Source: Chloroflexota bacterium
GTDB taxonomy: Bacteria > Chloroflexota > UBA11872
NCBI GenBank assembly: GCA_965219705.1
Contig: OZ244789.1
Span: 2,478,580-2,542,579 of the forward strand
Direction of reading: 5' to 3'
Length of the DNA stretch: 64,000 bases
Shown here: positions 51,063 to 60,243 of the stretch, in pieces
How the letters are laid out: every line of letters starts with the position of its first letter
Position numbering within the stretch: the stretch's first letter is position 1
Notes under the pieces: generated by a model
Databases searched by the model: none
The model's input: the letters and a program-made list of their open reading frames with translations, nothing else
Told to the model about the DNA's origin: nothing
Translations under genes and position numbers: made by a program

Positions 51063-51850
51063 GCGGCGGCGTCCACCATCGCACGCACGTGCGCGGCCGA
51101 ACGCGACACGGCCTCCGCCGGAGGCGAGGCGTCGAAGATGTCGATCAGCGCGCTGGCCATGATCGCCGCCTCGGCCTGTCCGCACAGCGCCCGCACGTGG
51201 GCCGGGGTGGAAATGCCAAAACCGACCGCTCGGGGCAGCGCGGCGGCCTCACCCACGCGCCCCAGGAACGTCGAAAGCCCCACTTGAAGGTCTTCGCGGC
51301 GGCCGGTCACGCCCGTGAGGCTCACGCAATAGAGGAACCCGCTGCCCCGCTCGGCCACGCGGCCGATCCGCTCGGCGGGGGTCGTCGGCGCCACCAGCGA
51401 AATCACGTCCAGGCCGTGCGCGGCGCAGGCCGACGCCAGCTCGTCATTGGCCTCCGGCAGCAGGTCGGGAACGATCAGGCCGTCGACGCCGACACGTTGC
51501 AGGTCGCGCGCCAGACCCTTGTACCCCCATTGGAGGAATGGGTTTGCATACCCCATCAGCACCAGTGGCGCGTCGGTCGCGGCTCGAATCGTGGCGGCGG
51601 CGTCCAGACACTCGGTAAGGGTTGCCCCTTCCGCCAGCGCGCGCTGCGTCGCCCGTTGGATGGTGGGTCCGTCGGCGATCGGGTCGCTGAACGGCACCCC
51701 CAACTCCAGCATCCCCGCGCCGGCGTCGAGGTACGCCCGCGCCAGCTCAACCGAGGTCGCCATGTCCGGATACCCCAGCGCGACGTAGGGCGCGATCAAG
51801 AGACGATCGTCCGAGGCGGCGTCGCTGAACGCCGTGGAGATGCGGCTCAA
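51053..51850 (-). CDS. trpA: tryptophan synthase alpha chain
   Basis: The motifs ...[18 protein letters not shown]... are present. Confidence 0.9.
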   Translation of the reverse strand: MSRISTAFSDAASDDRLLIAPYVALGYPDMATSVELARAYLDAGAGMLELGVPFSDPIADGPTIQRATQRALAEGATLTECLDAAATIRAATDAPLVLMGYANPFLQWGYKGLARDLQRVGVDGLIVPDLLPEANDELASACAAHGLDVISLVAPTTPAERIGRVAERGSGFLYCVSLTGVTGRREDLQVGLSTFLGRVGEAAALPRAVGFGISTPAHVRALCGQAEAAIMASALIDIFDASPPAEAVSRSAAHVRAMVDAAACT

Positions 51851-53046
51851 CCAGCAGCCCCTAGCGCGCTGACCACAGTGTCCATATCTTTGTCGCCTCG
51901 CCCAGAGAGATTCACCAGGATCGAGGCGTCGGGCGGCAGCGTCGGCGCCAGCTCGATGGCATGGGCCACGGCGTGCGCGGACTCCAGCGCGGGAATGATG
52001 CCCTCCTGACGCGCCAGCGTCTGCAGGGCGTCCAGGGCTTGATCGTCGGTTACCGAGACGTAGGTCGCGCGACCGGTGTCCCGCAGATAGGCGTGCTCCG
52101 GCCCTACGCCCGGATAGTCCAGACCGGCGGCGATGCTGTGCGTGGCCGCGACTTGACCGTCCTCGTCCTGCAACAGATAGCTGATCGCCCCGTGCAGGAT
52201 GCCTGGCACGCCGCTTTCCAACGTGGCGGCGGTCGCGGCCGGGCCAGCGCCGCCCGCTTCCACCCCAACAAAGCCGACCGCGTCATCGACGAACGGATGG
52301 AAGATGCCGATGGCGTTGCTGCCCCCGTTCACGCACGCCACAACCATGTCGGGCAAGCGGCCGGTCAGCTCCAGCATCTGGGCGCGGGCCTCGATGCCGA
52401 TCACCTTCTGAAACTCGCGCACGATCAGGGGGTAGGGATGGGGGCCGGTGGCCGATCCAAACAGGTAGAAGGTCGTCTCCACGTGCGTCACCCAGTCGCG
52501 CAGCGCCTCGTTGATGGCGTCTTTCAAGGTGCGGCTGCCGGAGGTCACCGGCACGACCTCGGCGCCGAGCATCCGCATGCGCACCACGTTGAGCGCTTGG
52601 CGCCGCACGTCCTCCTCGCCCATGTACACCACGCATTCCAGCCCGAACATGGCGCACACGGTCGCGGTGGCCACACCGTGCTGGCCGGCGCCCGTCTCGG
52701 CGATGACCCGTTGCTTGCCGCTGCGCACCGCCAGCAACCCTTGACCCAATGCGTTGTTGATCTTGTGCGCCCCGGTGTGCGCCAAGTCCTCGCGCTTGAG
52801 CCATATCCGTGCCCCGCCGAGTTCCTCATGCAGCCGGCGAGCCTCGTAGATAGGCGTCGGCCGGCCGGCGTAGTGGTGCAAGAGGCGCCGCAGCTCGGTT
52901 TGGAAGGCGTGGTCGTCGCGCAGGCGTGTGAAGGCGTGGTCAAGGTCCTCGAGCGCCGGCACCAGGGTCTCGGGCACGTAGCGACCGCCCCAGGGCCCAA
53001 AGTAGCCGGCGGCATCGGGCAGATGAGTGTCGATGGTGGTCGTCAA
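51847..53046 (-). CDS. trpB: tryptophan synthase beta chain
   Basis: The motifs HTGAHKINN and GGGSNAIG are present. Confidence 0.95.
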   Translation of the reverse strand: MTTTIDTHLPDAAGYFGPWGGRYVPETLVPALEDLDHAFTRLRDDHAFQTELRRLLHHYAGRPTPIYEARRLHEELGGARIWLKREDLAHTGAHKINNALGQGLLAVRSGKQRVIAETGAGQHGVATATVCAMFGLECVVYMGEEDVRRQALNVVRMRMLGAEVVPVTSGSRTLKDAINEALRDWVTHVETTFYLFGSATGPHPYPLIVREFQKVIGIEARAQMLELTGRLPDMVVACVNGGSNAIGIFHPFVDDAVGFVGVEAGGAGPAATAATLESGVPGILHGAISYLLQDEDGQVAATHSIAAGLDYPGVGPEHAYLRDTGRATYVSVTDDQALDALQTLARQEGIIPALESAHAVAHAIELAPTLPPDASILVNLSGRGDKDMDTVVSALGAAG

Positions 53047-54059
53047 GGTCCCTCGCTCGTGCGCAACTCTGGCGGGATTCGGGTCACCAGCACATTGCCG
53101 ATGAGCAGCACGTCGCTCGGATCTTGTTCGAGCAGGTAGACAATCTCGAGGACAGCAGTCATGCGGCCTTGCCGCAGCACGATGTAGTAGATCGTCGGCA
53201 CCGCCGGACCGCTGGACGGCGAGCCCTCCGCCAGGTTCGGGTTCATTTCGAGGACGGCAAGGTTCACCTCGTCCGCGATCTGGGGCACGTTGCCAAACCC
53301 GGTCAATGACGAATCGAGGTCGGGATAGGGCTCTTGCATAGCCTCAACTCGGGTGGCGGCGGAGCTGCTAATGAAGTTGGAGCTGAGGAATTCATAGAAC
53401 GACGCCGCCGTCTCGGCGCTGCCGTGCACGAAGACGAACTGCACCAGCTGGACCAGCCGCTGCCGCTCGCTCAGCGCTCCCGACTCCGGCTGGCGCCCGC
53501 TGAACTTGGCGGCAAAGCTGACGATATCGATGCCGGCGAAGACATCTGGCGCGAAGACCAGGCTGGGGTCCGACGTCTCTTCGAAGGTCTCGAGGCCGGG
53601 ATCCACTTCGACGTTCGGGATGGCGATCGAGGACGCCAGCAGATTGGCCGCGATAGCTTCCATGTCGACCGGCGCCGCCGCGGTGGTTGCCGCCGGGGGC
53701 GGCGTTCCCTCGGGCGCTGCGCCAGTCGTCACGGGGGGAGTCGTTGGCTGCGTCGTTGCCTCGAATGTCAAAACCGGCGTTGACGAGCGGTCAGCGGGCG
53801 CGGGTGCCGGCGAGGCAGTCGGACGGGGCGTCGGCGCGGGCGTTTCGGTTGGGGATGCCGTTGGCTCGGGAGTCGGCGTTGGCTCCAGGCTCGTTGGCGC
53901 CGGCCGCATCTCGATCTCGGTCTGGCCCTCGCCGAACACAAATTTCGCTTCGGTGAGCTCGGCGGCCGGCCGCTCGCCGCCTTCGAGCACGAAGCCTTGC
54001 GTGCAGCCGCACGCCAGCGCGCCCGTCAGCAGCAGCGCCGCGGCGAGCCGCCGCCGCAT
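53043..54059 (-). CDS. secreted or lipoprotein of unknown function with a Pro/Thr-rich linker, embedded in the trp operon
   Basis: The start [19 protein letters not shown] is a signal peptide with a borderline lipobox. It is followed by [29 protein letters not shown] and a ~230-aa C-terminal domain. It lies 2 nt after the trpF stop and overlaps the trpB start by 4 nt. Confidence 0.6.
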   Translation of the reverse strand: MRRRLAAALLLTGALACGCTQGFVLEGGERPAAELTEAKFVFGEGQTEIEMRPAPTSLEPTPTPEPTASPTETPAPTPRPTASPAPAPADRSSTPVLTFEATTQPTTPPVTTGAAPEGTPPPAATTAAAPVDMEAIAANLLASSIAIPNVEVDPGLETFEETSDPSLVFAPDVFAGIDIVSFAAKFSGRQPESGALSERQRLVQLVQFVFVHGSAETAASFYEFLSSNFISSSAATRVEAMQEPYPDLDSSLTGFGNVPQIADEVNLAVLEMNPNLAEGSPSSGPAVPTIYYIVLRQGRMTAVLEIVYLLEQDPSDVLLIGNVLVTRIPPELRTSEGP

Positions 54060-54061
54060 CG

Positions 54062-54682
54062 CTAGGCCGCCGCTTCCAGCGCGGCGAACGCTGCGCGCGC
54101 GCGCCGGACGAACGCCGCGATCTTGTCCGGGTCCTTGGCGCGATCGGTCTCGACGCCGCTGCTCGCGTCCACGCCAAACGGTCGCGCGGCGGCGATGGCC
54201 GTCGCGACATTCTCCGGCGTGAGCCCGCCGGCCAGCATCGCCGGATGCTCGCGGGTCACGCAGCGCGCCATGGCGTAGTCCCAGGAAATCCCCGTACCGC
54301 CGGCTCGCGTGTCGTGGGCCGTATCGAGATGGAAGAGCGTGACGTCGAAGTCGGGCACGATCGCCTCGTCGCGCGGCAGTCGCAGGACCTTGACGGTACG
54401 CGATCCCAGAGCGGCGCAATAGTCCGGGTCTTCCCTGCCGGCCAGCTGCACGCGATCAAGATCGCATGCGCGGGCGACCTCCTCCACCTCCGCCAGCGGC
54501 GCGTTGACGAAAACGCCCACCCGCTCAGGGCCCGACGGCGCCGCGGCGAAGATTCGCTGCGCCTCGGCCAGGGAGCGTCGACGCCAGGCAGGCGCGAAAA
54601 TCACGCCGAGCATGTCGGCCCCCGCCGCGGCGGCCGCGGCGGCGTCATCGGGTTGGAGCAGCCCGCATATCTTGACCAGCAC
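54062..54682 (-). CDS. trpF: phosphoribosylanthranilate isomerase
   Basis: The sequence MLVKICGLLQPDDAAAAAAAGADMLGVIFA is present. Confidence 0.85.
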   Translation of the reverse strand: MLVKICGLLQPDDAAAAAAAGADMLGVIFAPAWRRRSLAEAQRIFAAAPSGPERVGVFVNAPLAEVEEVARACDLDRVQLAGREDPDYCAALGSRTVKVLRLPRDEAIVPDFDVTLFHLDTAHDTRAGGTGISWDYAMARCVTREHPAMLAGGLTPENVATAIAAARPFGVDASSGVETDRAKDPDKIAAFVRRARAAFAALEAAA

Positions 54683-54685
54683 GGC

Positions 54686-55474
54686 CTAGCTCGCCGCTCC
54701 GGCGGCCACGAGTTGCCGCAACTGCGCGCCGGCGTCGGGCGCCGTCATGATCGATTCGCCGATGAGGACGGCGCTCACGCCGCCGGCGGCCAGCCGCCGG
54801 ACATCGGCCGGGGTTCGCACGCCGCTCTCGCTCACGATGGTGATGTCGTCCGGAATCATGGCGCAGAGGCGCTCAGTGACCGCGAGGTCGGTCTTGAACG
54901 AACGCAGATCGCGATTGTTGATGCCCACGATTCGTGCGCCGGCAACCAGCGCCTGCTCCACTTCCTCCTCGACGTGCGCCTCGACCAACGCCTCCATACC
55001 GAGCTCGTGGACGAGGACAAGGTCCTCTTCCAAATCCTGCTCCGGCGTCAGCCCGACAATGAGCAGCACGGCGTCGGCGCCGGCGGCCGCCGACTCGTAG
55101 AGTTGATACGCGTCGACGATGAACTCCTTGCGGATCACCGGCAGCTCGCAAGCGCCGCGGGCTTCCTGCAAGTCGCTCAGCGACCCGCGAAAATACTTCC
55201 GGTCCGTCAGCACCGAAATGGCGGCCGCCCCGTTGGCGGCGTAGTCGGCGGCCTGGTCGGCTGGGTCCAAGTTCTCCACCAACACTCCCGCGGTTGGCGA
55301 TGCACGCTTGATTTCAGCGATGACGACGACCGCGTCGATATCCAGCGCGTGCCGGAGCGACCGCCGGGTTCGCGGCGATTCGCCGCGGCGGCGCATCTCT
55401 CCTAGCGGCACGGTCGCCGCCGCCTGCGCCACCTCGTGGCGCTTGTGCTCGACGATCTCGTCCAGAATTGTCAT
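54686..55474 (-). CDS. trpC: indole-3-glycerol phosphate synthase
   Basis: The motif ...AEIKRASPTAGVL... is present. Confidence 0.9.
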   Translation of the reverse strand: MTILDEIVEHKRHEVAQAAATVPLGEMRRRGESPRTRRSLRHALDIDAVVVIAEIKRASPTAGVLVENLDPADQAADYAANGAAAISVLTDRKYFRGSLSDLQEARGACELPVIRKEFIVDAYQLYESAAAGADAVLLIVGLTPEQDLEEDLVLVHELGMEALVEAHVEEEVEQALVAGARIVGINNRDLRSFKTDLAVTERLCAMIPDDITIVSESGVRTPADVRRLAAGGVSAVLIGESIMTAPDAGAQLRQLVAAGAAS

Positions 55475-56500
55475 TTAGCTGCTGGTGGAGTGGTTCGATA
55501 TGGCGACCAGGCGTTCGAGGCACCGCGTCGCCGCGCCGCTGTCAATGGCGGTTGCGGCGCGTTCGACGCCGTCACGCCAGGACGCGGCAACCCCCGCCGC
55601 CAGCAACACGCCGGCCGCGTTCGCCAACGCAAGATTGCGCCGCGGGCCGCGGTCGTTGCCGTCGAGGATGCCGCGAGTGGTGGCTGCGTTCTCATCCGGC
55701 GCGCCACCGGCCAAGCTTGCCCGGTCGCCTGCCGCCAGCCCCAGATCCTCCGCGCTGATGGTGTAGGACGATATCGCGCCGTCGCGCAATTCAGTCACCT
55801 GCGTGGGGCCGTCGAGGGTGATCTCGTCCGCGCCCTCATGCCCGGCGACGACGAGCACGCGCACGGCGTTCATCTGGCGCAGGGCGTCGGCCATGATCGT
55901 CGTCAGCGCGGGGTCGGCCACGCCCAGCAGCTGCCGCCGCACGCCGGCGGGATTCGTGAGGGGGCCGAGGAGGTTGAATACGGTGCGGGTGCCGATCTCA
56001 CGCCGCAGCGGCGCCGCGAATTTCATGCTGGGGTGAAAGGCCTGCGCGAACATGAAGCCCATCCCGGCCTCGCGCACGCACTGCGCCACGACCGCCGGCG
56101 GGACGGCGAGTTGAACCCCGAGGGCCTCCAGCACGTCGGCGCTGCCGCTCTTGCGGGTGAACGAGCGGTTGCCGTGCTTGGCGACCTTCGCCCCGGCGCC
56201 AGCGGCAATCAGCGCGGCCGTCGTCGTCACGTTGAACCAGCTGACCCCGCGGCCGCCGGTGCCGCACGCGTCGACGGCCGGCAGGTCGTCCAGCTCCACC
56301 CGCGTGGCATGCGCCCGCATGCTCTCCAGGAAGCCGGCGATCTCGTCCGCCGTCTCGCCCTTCATCCGCAGCGCGGTGACGAGGGCGCCGAACTGCGCCG
56401 GCGTGACCTGGCCGGTTAGCACGGCTTCCATCACCTCGCGCGCCGTGACGCGCTGTAGCGGGCGCCCGTCGACCACCGTCTGGATCGCGCCGACGATCAT
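55475..56500 (-). CDS. trpD: anthranilate phosphoribosyltransferase
   Basis: The sequences ...VDACGTGGRG... and HGNRS are present. It is coupled to trpG as ATGA. Confidence 0.9.
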   Translation of the reverse strand: MIVGAIQTVVDGRPLQRVTAREVMEAVLTGQVTPAQFGALVTALRMKGETADEIAGFLESMRAHATRVELDDLPAVDACGTGGRGVSWFNVTTTAALIAAGAGAKVAKHGNRSFTRKSGSADVLEALGVQLAVPPAVVAQCVREAGMGFMFAQAFHPSMKFAAPLRREIGTRTVFNLLGPLTNPAGVRRQLLGVADPALTTIMADALRQMNAVRVLVVAGHEGADEITLDGPTQVTELRDGAISSYTISAEDLGLAAGDRASLAGGAPDENAATTRGILDGNDRGPRRNLALANAAGVLLAAGVAASWRDGVERAATAIDSGAATRCLERLVAISNHSTSS

Positions 56501-57081
56501 GGGAGCGTTCGCATGCCGGCCAGCTTGACGAAGTTTCGGAGCAAATCAGGCCCCACCGACGTGAGAATCGACTCCGGGTGAAATTGCACGCCGAATATCG
56601 GGTGGGTGTGATGCCGCACTCCCATGATAGTCCCATCCGGAGTGCGAGCCGTCACGTAAAGCTCCGCCGGCAGGCTCTCCTCCTCGATGATGAGGGAGTG
56701 ATAGCGCGTGGCCGTAAATGGGTCCGGCAAGCCCTCGAACAGTTCCGCCCCGTCGTGGTGAATCGGTGACGTCTTGCCGTGCATCAGCTTCGGCGCCCGT
56801 ACGATGCGGCCCCCGAACGCCGCGCCCACGGCTTGGTGGCCCAGGCACACCCCCAGCGTGGGGATGCGCGGCCCCAGGGTGGCGATCAGGTCAACCGAGA
56901 TGCCGGCCTCGGCCGGCGTGCAGGGACCCGGGGAGACCACGATTGCCTCCGGAGCCTTGGCCTCGATATCAGCCACGCTCAGCGCGTCATTGCGGTGGAC
57001 GTCGATGTCATCCGTGATCACGCCGAGGAACTGCACCAGGTTGTAGGTGAATGAGTCGTAGTTATCGAGCACGAGCAGCAT
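56497..57081 (-). CDS. trpG: anthranilate synthase component II (glutamine amidotransferase)
   Basis: The start MLLVLDNYDSFTYNLVQ and the catalytic triad region GVCLGHQ are present. It overlaps the trpE end by 20 nt. Confidence 0.9.
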   Translation of the reverse strand: MLLVLDNYDSFTYNLVQFLGVITDDIDVHRNDALSVADIEAKAPEAIVVSPGPCTPAEAGISVDLIATLGPRIPTLGVCLGHQAVGAAFGGRIVRAPKLMHGKTSPIHHDGAELFEGLPDPFTATRYHSLIIEEESLPAELYVTARTPDGTIMGVRHHTHPIFGVQFHPESILTSVGPDLLRNFVKLAGMRTLP

Positions 57082-58576
57082 TGCCAGCCTCCTCCGCGAT
57101 CTCGATCGCCCGCAACAGCGCCCGTGCTTTGTTGAGGCACTCGTGGAATTCCTGCTCGGGCACGGAGTCGGCCACGATCCCGGCGCCGGCTTGCACATAT
57201 GCCACGCCGTCGCGGACGACCATCGTGCGGATGGTGATGGCCGTGTCCACGTCGCCCGAGTAGCTCACGTAGCCGACGGCGCCGCCGTACGGCCCGCGCC
57301 GCAGATTTTCGAGCTCGGCGATGATCTCCATCGCCCGAATCTTGGGCGCGCCCGAGAGCGTCCCTGCCGGGAAGCACGCGCGGAGCGCGTCCAGGCCCGT
57401 GCGGCCGGGCGCGAGCGTGCCCGTCACGTCGCTCACGATGTGCATCACGTGCGAGTACCGCTCGATGCTCATGAAATTGTCCACCGCGACCGAGCCCGAC
57501 ACCGACACCCGGCCGACGTCGTTGCGTCCCAGGTCTACGAGCATCACGTGCTCGGCGCGTTCCTTCGGGTCCTCGATGAGCTCGCGCGCCAGCGCCGCAT
57601 CGGCGTCGTCGTCTGCGCCCCGAGGCCGGGTGCCGGCGATGGGGCGCGTGCGCACCTGGCCGTCTTCGTACCGCACCATCATCTCGGGCGACGCGCCCGC
57701 GAGCTGCATGTCGCCGAAGTCGAGGTAGAACATATACGGCGACGGATTGATGCGCCGCAACGCCCGATAGACCTCGATGGGGTCCACGCTGAGCTTCCGG
57801 CTCAGGCGCAGGGACGGCACGGTCTGGATGATGTCGCCCGCGGAGATGTATGCCTTCGCCCGTTCCACGGCCTGCATGAATTCGGACTGCGACATGCTCA
57901 TGGCCACGTGGCCGTTGCTTGGCGGAGTGGTTTCCCGGCTCGTTGCGGGCGTCGCGCCCGCGATGCGCTCGGCGAGCGATCTGAGCCGGTGGCGCGCCGC
58001 GGCGTAGCCCGCTGCCGGGTCGGGGCGCGGACGGGCCACTGTGACGAGCTGCATGACGTCGCGGACGTGATCGAAGATCACCAGCTCCTCGCACAGCATG
58101 AACATCCCGTCGGGCACGCCCAACGGGTCCGGCGCTGGTACCGGCAGCTGCTCGAAGCTGGCCGCGGCGTCATAGGCCAGGTATCCCACGGCGCCGCCTT
58201 GAAATCGGGGTAACTGGGGATTGGCGGCGACGTTCGCCTCATCCAGCATCTGCGCCACCAGGTCGAGCGGATCGGTGTAGGTCTGCCTCTGGGTCTCGCC
58301 GCCGGCGTCGCTGAAGATTGCCTGGCCATCGCGAAAGCTGAGGCGGCGCGCCGGCCGCGCGCCCACGAATGAATACCGCGCCACCTGCTCGCCGCCTTCC
58401 ACGCTTTCGAGCAGAAACGCGGGATCGTCGGCCCGCAGCTTGAGGAACACCGAGACCGGCGTGTCCAGGTCACCCGGGACCTCGTCGAATATCGGTACCG
58501 CGCGGCCCAGGGAAAGCTGGTCGAGGGCCCAGGCGCGCTGATCCGTGGGCGCGTCCACCAGTTGCGTCATGCCCAT
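57062..58576 (-). CDS. trpE: anthranilate synthase component I
   Basis: The start MGMTQLVD has GGAGG 8 nt upstream. TrpE chorismate-binding motifs are present. Confidence 0.9.
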   Translation of the reverse strand: MGMTQLVDAPTDQRAWALDQLSLGRAVPIFDEVPGDLDTPVSVFLKLRADDPAFLLESVEGGEQVARYSFVGARPARRLSFRDGQAIFSDAGGETQRQTYTDPLDLVAQMLDEANVAANPQLPRFQGGAVGYLAYDAAASFEQLPVPAPDPLGVPDGMFMLCEELVIFDHVRDVMQLVTVARPRPDPAAGYAAARHRLRSLAERIAGATPATSRETTPPSNGHVAMSMSQSEFMQAVERAKAYISAGDIIQTVPSLRLSRKLSVDPIEVYRALRRINPSPYMFYLDFGDMQLAGASPEMMVRYEDGQVRTRPIAGTRPRGADDDADAALARELIEDPKERAEHVMLVDLGRNDVGRVSVSGSVAVDNFMSIERYSHVMHIVSDVTGTLAPGRTGLDALRACFPAGTLSGAPKIRAMEIIAELENLRRGPYGGAVGYVSYSGDVDTAITIRTMVVRDGVAYVQAGAGIVADSVPEQEFHECLNKARALLRAIEIAEEAGNAARAR

Positions 58577-58579
58577 TCG

Positions 58580-58887
58580 ATCCCTCCTTCCGGCGCCAAC
58601 TCGGGACACGAAAAAACCTCTCGCCTGAGGGGCGAGAGGCTCATGCCTTCGCGGTGCCACCCTGCTTCGGGTGCGTACGCACCCCTTTGCAGATACGGAG
58701 CTTGCGCTCGATATCCTGCCCTGTGCTAACGGAGGGCTTCCGGCGGAGCCTACTTGGGCATGCCCGTTGGGTCCGCGGCTCGTGGGGCCATTCGCCGTCG
58801 TTGCCGCGACCGGACTTGCAGCGCGAGGTCCGGCTCTCTAACGCGGCTTCCGACGGGTACTCGTCCCAGTCGTCACCTTTCCAGCAA
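58580..58887 (-). promoter_or_regulatory. T-box riboswitch leader (putative tRNA-Trp-responsive) of the trp operon
   Basis: The T-box consensus AGGGTGGCACCGCG (rc of 58650-58663) sits directly 5' of the terminator. Stem I-like helices lie at 58795-58857 with an AGAGAG internal loop. The candidate specifier is GAA-UGG-C (UGG = rc of 58788-90). The leader is ~310 nt. Confidence 0.6.
58611..58639 (-). terminator. intrinsic terminator of the T-box leader (CCTCTCGCC-N5-GGCGAGAGG plus U6)
   Basis: A perfect 9-bp stem is followed by TTTTTT on the minus strand, ~35 nt upstream of the trpE ATG. Confidence 0.6.
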
Positions 58888-58893
58888 GATTGA

Positions 58894-58922
58894 GACTACG
58901 GCGGGCGGTCGCCGTGTGTCAA
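58894..58922 (-). promoter_or_regulatory. putative trp promoter (-35 TTGACA, -10 TAGTCT, 17-nt spacer)
   Basis: The minus strand reads TTGACA (58917-22) and TAGTCT (58894-99). It lies 15 nt downstream of the aminotransferase stop. Confidence 0.4.
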
Positions 58923-58959
58923 TGCCAATTGCGTCAATCCGGGTGGCGCGTCGGGGCGC

Positions 58960-60081
58960 CTACGATGCTGCGTGCGCCTGCCCGTACGACAGTGCTTCCA
59001 GCACGCCGAAGAGATCGTCGAGGTAGGCGTCGGTTCCCGAGAGCCCCATGTGCCCCACGCGAAACACCTTTCCCGCGAGATCCGCAATCCCGCTCCCGAG
59101 TTGAATGTTCACGCGCTCGCGAACGGTCGCCACGACGTCGTCCGCGGCAATGCCCGGCGGTGGACGCAGGGCCGTGACGGTGGGCGAAGCCCACTCATCC
59201 GCCGCCAGCGGCTCACAGCCGGCGGCGCGCGCCCGCGCCCGCACCCGGGCAGCGGTTGCCCGATATCGCTGATACCGCTGCTCCAGTCCCTCCGCCAGGA
59301 TGCGATCGGTTGCGACGGTCAGCGCGGCGATGACGTTGACGGGCATCGTGGCCGGTTGGGGGTGGAAGTCGGCCATCTCGGTGGCGTAGCGGCGCCACAC
59401 GCGCAGGTCGCTGTAGAGCCCGTGGTGCGCAGCGCCGCTTGACTCCAGAAACTCCCACGCTTTCGGATTGACGATGACCGGCGCCACGCCCGGAGGCGAC
59501 TCCAGGGCCTTCTGCGAAGCGGTGCAGCAGATGCCGATGCCCCAAGCGTCCACCGCCAAGCGCGCCGCGCCGAAGGTCGATACCGCGTCGACGATGAGAA
59601 ACCGGCCGGCGTCCTCCACCACGCGCGCCAGCGACTCCAGGTCGTTGAGCACGCCGGTTGCCGTCTCGCCGTGGGTCAGGCCCACGACCTTGGCTTCCGG
59701 GTGCGCCTGCATGAAGGCGGCGAGTTCATCCGGCCGCACCGGATTGCCGCGGGCCGTGCGCAGGATGTGGGTGACGACGCCGTAGCCCTCGGCGATCTCT
59801 TGCATGCGGCCGGAGAAGAAACCGTTGTCGACCACGATGAGATGCCCGCCGGTTGGCACCGCCGTGCCGATGGCGGCATCCAGTCCCACGATGCCGGTAC
59901 CGGCGAGCACGAAGGCGTCGCCGGCGCTCTCTCCAATGGCCAGCAGGTTCTGCCGCAGCCGGCGGTAGGCCGCCACCCAGGCGTCGCCGTAGTGCGGGAC
60001 CACCTGCCCGGCGAGCGCCTCCAGCACGTCAGGCTCGAGATCGATCGGCCCAGGGATCATTAGCCGCGGCGGCTGGTTCAT
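58960..60081 (-). CDS. class V aminotransferase (alanine-glyoxylate/serine-pyruvate aminotransferase family)
   Basis: The start MNQPPRLMIPGPIDL and the PLP Lys region CCTASQKAL are present. The GTG at 60102 is an alternative start. Confidence 0.85.
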   Translation of the reverse strand: MNQPPRLMIPGPIDLEPDVLEALAGQVVPHYGDAWVAAYRRLRQNLLAIGESAGDAFVLAGTGIVGLDAAIGTAVPTGGHLIVVDNGFFSGRMQEIAEGYGVVTHILRTARGNPVRPDELAAFMQAHPEAKVVGLTHGETATGVLNDLESLARVVEDAGRFLIVDAVSTFGAARLAVDAWGIGICCTASQKALESPPGVAPVIVNPKAWEFLESSGAAHHGLYSDLRVWRRYATEMADFHPQPATMPVNVIAALTVATDRILAEGLEQRYQRYRATAARVRARARAAGCEPLAADEWASPTVTALRPPPGIAADDVVATVRERVNIQLGSGIADLAGKVFRVGHMGLSGTDAYLDDLFGVLEALSYGQAHAAS

Positions 60082-60243
60082 GCCGTCGGAGCCGCGGCGC
60101 ACCGAGGCAGAGAACCTCGGCGAATCCCGCGGCTCATCGCTGGATCACTCGTATTGGGCGACGCATGCGTGCCGTGAAGCATAGCGGCTTGGCGGCGGTG
60201 CGAGCGTGCTATACACGCACCGGCCGAGTCACCGGGAAACATC

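Noticed and set aside
50163-51287. A 374-aa plus-strand ORF
   Set aside because: It is antisense to the alpha/beta hydrolase and trpA.
54060-54419. N-terminal 120 aa of ORF 53043..54419
   Set aside because: It overlaps trpF in another frame and is Arg-rich. The signal-peptide Met at 54059 is the start.
54245-56419. Two plus-strand ORFs (386 and 327 aa)
   Set aside because: They are antisense to trpC and trpD.
57143-58213. A 356-aa plus-strand ORF
   Set aside because: It is antisense to trpE.
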